From an uncultured Alphaproteobacteria bacterium (GTDB lineage Bacteria; Pseudomonadota; Alphaproteobacteria; HIMB59; GCA-002718135): 64,000 bases of DNA. Of this stretch, positions 62,851 through 64,000 are shown piece by piece (positions within the stretch are counted from its first letter, which is position 1; every line of letters begins with the position of its first letter). Below the pieces are notes generated by a model, which worked only from the letters and a program-made list of their open reading frames with translations, searched no databases and had not been told where the DNA came from. Position numbers and translations under genes: made by a program. The stretch spans positions 41,592 to 105,591 of the forward strand of contig CACGJH010000003.1 of assembly GCA_902573325.1 (NCBI GenBank), read 5' to 3'.

Positions 62851-63708
62851 TTATTCGATAATAATTTCTTCAGGTGTTGTATCATTATCAATTACTGGAT
62901 CCCAAGTAATACCACTCTTACCTGATCCAAACTTAGCACCTTTATTGGTAAAAGGTAATTTATATAATTCTGAATTTAAATATTTTTGCAATTTAGGAAG
63001 TTGTATAAAATTATTAAAGAAGTCAGATACGAGTGGAAATCCTGCTAATTCAAAAATATTTTCATCTTTAGCATCTTTGATAAAATTATAATGAAATAAA
63101 AATTTTTTATATAAATCTAACGTATCGAATAGATTAAAATCAGGAGCAGAAATATTGTTACCTACAAGAAATGTTTTTACAAGATTATCATCTTTTGCAT
63201 TTAACCAATGTTCAAATTTTTGTAATTTTCCTGAGTTAGAATTTTCAAATGCAGAAGTAAAAACTTCTTTTGCAGCTTGCAATTCGTCTTCTTCTGATTG
63301 AAAATGAGTATAAGCAAACTTTGTTACAATATTTCGCAAATCTACACTTTCTTGAAGTAGTTGTTCACATTCTAATTCTTCGTGCATATTTTCTCCAAAC
63401 ATTCCTAATTCTTTTCCTAAAAAGGTAAGACATGTATTAGAATGTGAAATAACAAATTCTTTATTATCTTTTATAAATTGCAAGTAAGGTAAATTGATTA
63501 AACTATTTTTATTTTTTAAATTTATTTTATCATTATCATGCCAAGAACTACCTTCATAAATTATTTCACCATTTTCTTCTTTGGGTAGTACTTTATAAAT
63601 TTTAGCAACTAACGGTGTTCCAGCATAAATAATCATTTGTCTGGAGGCAGATCCTAAGCCTTTTGTACTCCAATAACCTAGTATAAATTTATTAATTTTT
63701 GAGGACAT
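62851..63708 (-). CDS. Glutathione S-transferase, Mu-class-like
   Basis: LGYW..KGL, Mu-loop-like Y..SSW, NLPY, SHSN, FLVGN.IS.PDF. Confidence 0.78.
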   Translation of the reverse strand: MSSKINKFILGYWSTKGLGSASRQMIIYAGTPLVAKIYKVLPKEENGEIIYEGSSWHDNDKINLKNKNSLINLPYLQFIKDNKEFVISHSNTCLTFLGKELGMFGENMHEELECEQLLQESVDLRNIVTKFAYTHFQSEEDELQAAKEVFTSAFENSNSGKLQKFEHWLNAKDDNLVKTFLVGNNISAPDFNLFDTLDLYKKFLFHYNFIKDAKDENIFELAGFPLVSDFFNNFIQLPKLQKYLNSELYKLPFTNKGAKFGSGKSGITWDPVIDNDTTPEEIIIE

Positions 63709-63842
63709 AACTTAATTTTTTATAGTTAAGATTACTCTAAACTCAAGTCAATCAATTCACAAATAATTAAATTTTAATATTTTAATTAATATGAAATATT
63801 TTTAACTTAGTATCCTTATTAATAATCTAAGAAGGAGGTAAT

Positions 63843-64000
63843 ATGATGATTGTTGCATGGAAATATAGAACGACTTTTGAGAATGCTTATGATTCTTTTG
63901 AAAAGATTTCAAAATTTCAAAAAAGTGCCGGCGCAGATTGGGTAAATATGTATATTACAACCGGTGCCGACAATGGATCTTTTTTAACAGCTGTTGGTTT
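63843..64000 (+). CDS. Hypothetical protein (5' part, runs off window)
   Basis: SD AAGGAGGT then open frame MMIVAWKYRTTFENAYDSFEKISKFQKSAGADWVNMYITTGADNGSFLTAVG. Confidence 0.65.
   Translation, partial: MMIVAWKYRTTFENAYDSFEKISKFQKSAGADWVNMYITTGADNGSFLTAVG

Overview
Very AT-rich, gene-dense chromosomal segment of a streamlined alphaproteobacterium (inferred: marine, SAR11-like in composition; the G-1:C73 tRNA-His argues against Pelagibacter sensu stricto and is more compatible with an HIMB59/AEGEAN-169-like lineage). The left ~26 kb is core: lolE(partial)-proS-DUF1467-rnj-coaX-birA, a complete uninterrupted nuoA-N operon, tRNA-Asp/Val, HU, lon-clpX-clpP-tig, tRNA-Leu/His. A nitrogen module follows (aminotransferase, a P-II protein with a rewritten T-loop, two tandem glnA-type glutamine riboswitch aptamers, and a GSI whose sequence looks non-alphaproteobacterial), then parE, glpK, iolE, cytochrome c', amino-acid ABC permeases, tRNA-Phe, yacG-infA-hisD-hisG-murA and an MntR-boxed Mn transporter. 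The most striking accessory locus (44.6-59.7 kb) is a carbohydrate ABC importer followed by FOUR intact tandem ~720-aa ADP-ribosylglycohydrolase-family paralogues, an aldo/keto reductase and an MFS, with a divergent HpcH aldolase: a candidate uncharacterised import-and-hydrolyse catabolic system. The right end carries uup, a kappa-type GST and a eukaryote-like Mu-class GST. No CRISPR, integrase, transposase or prophage genes seen. All family calls are by eye from motifs; no database search was run.
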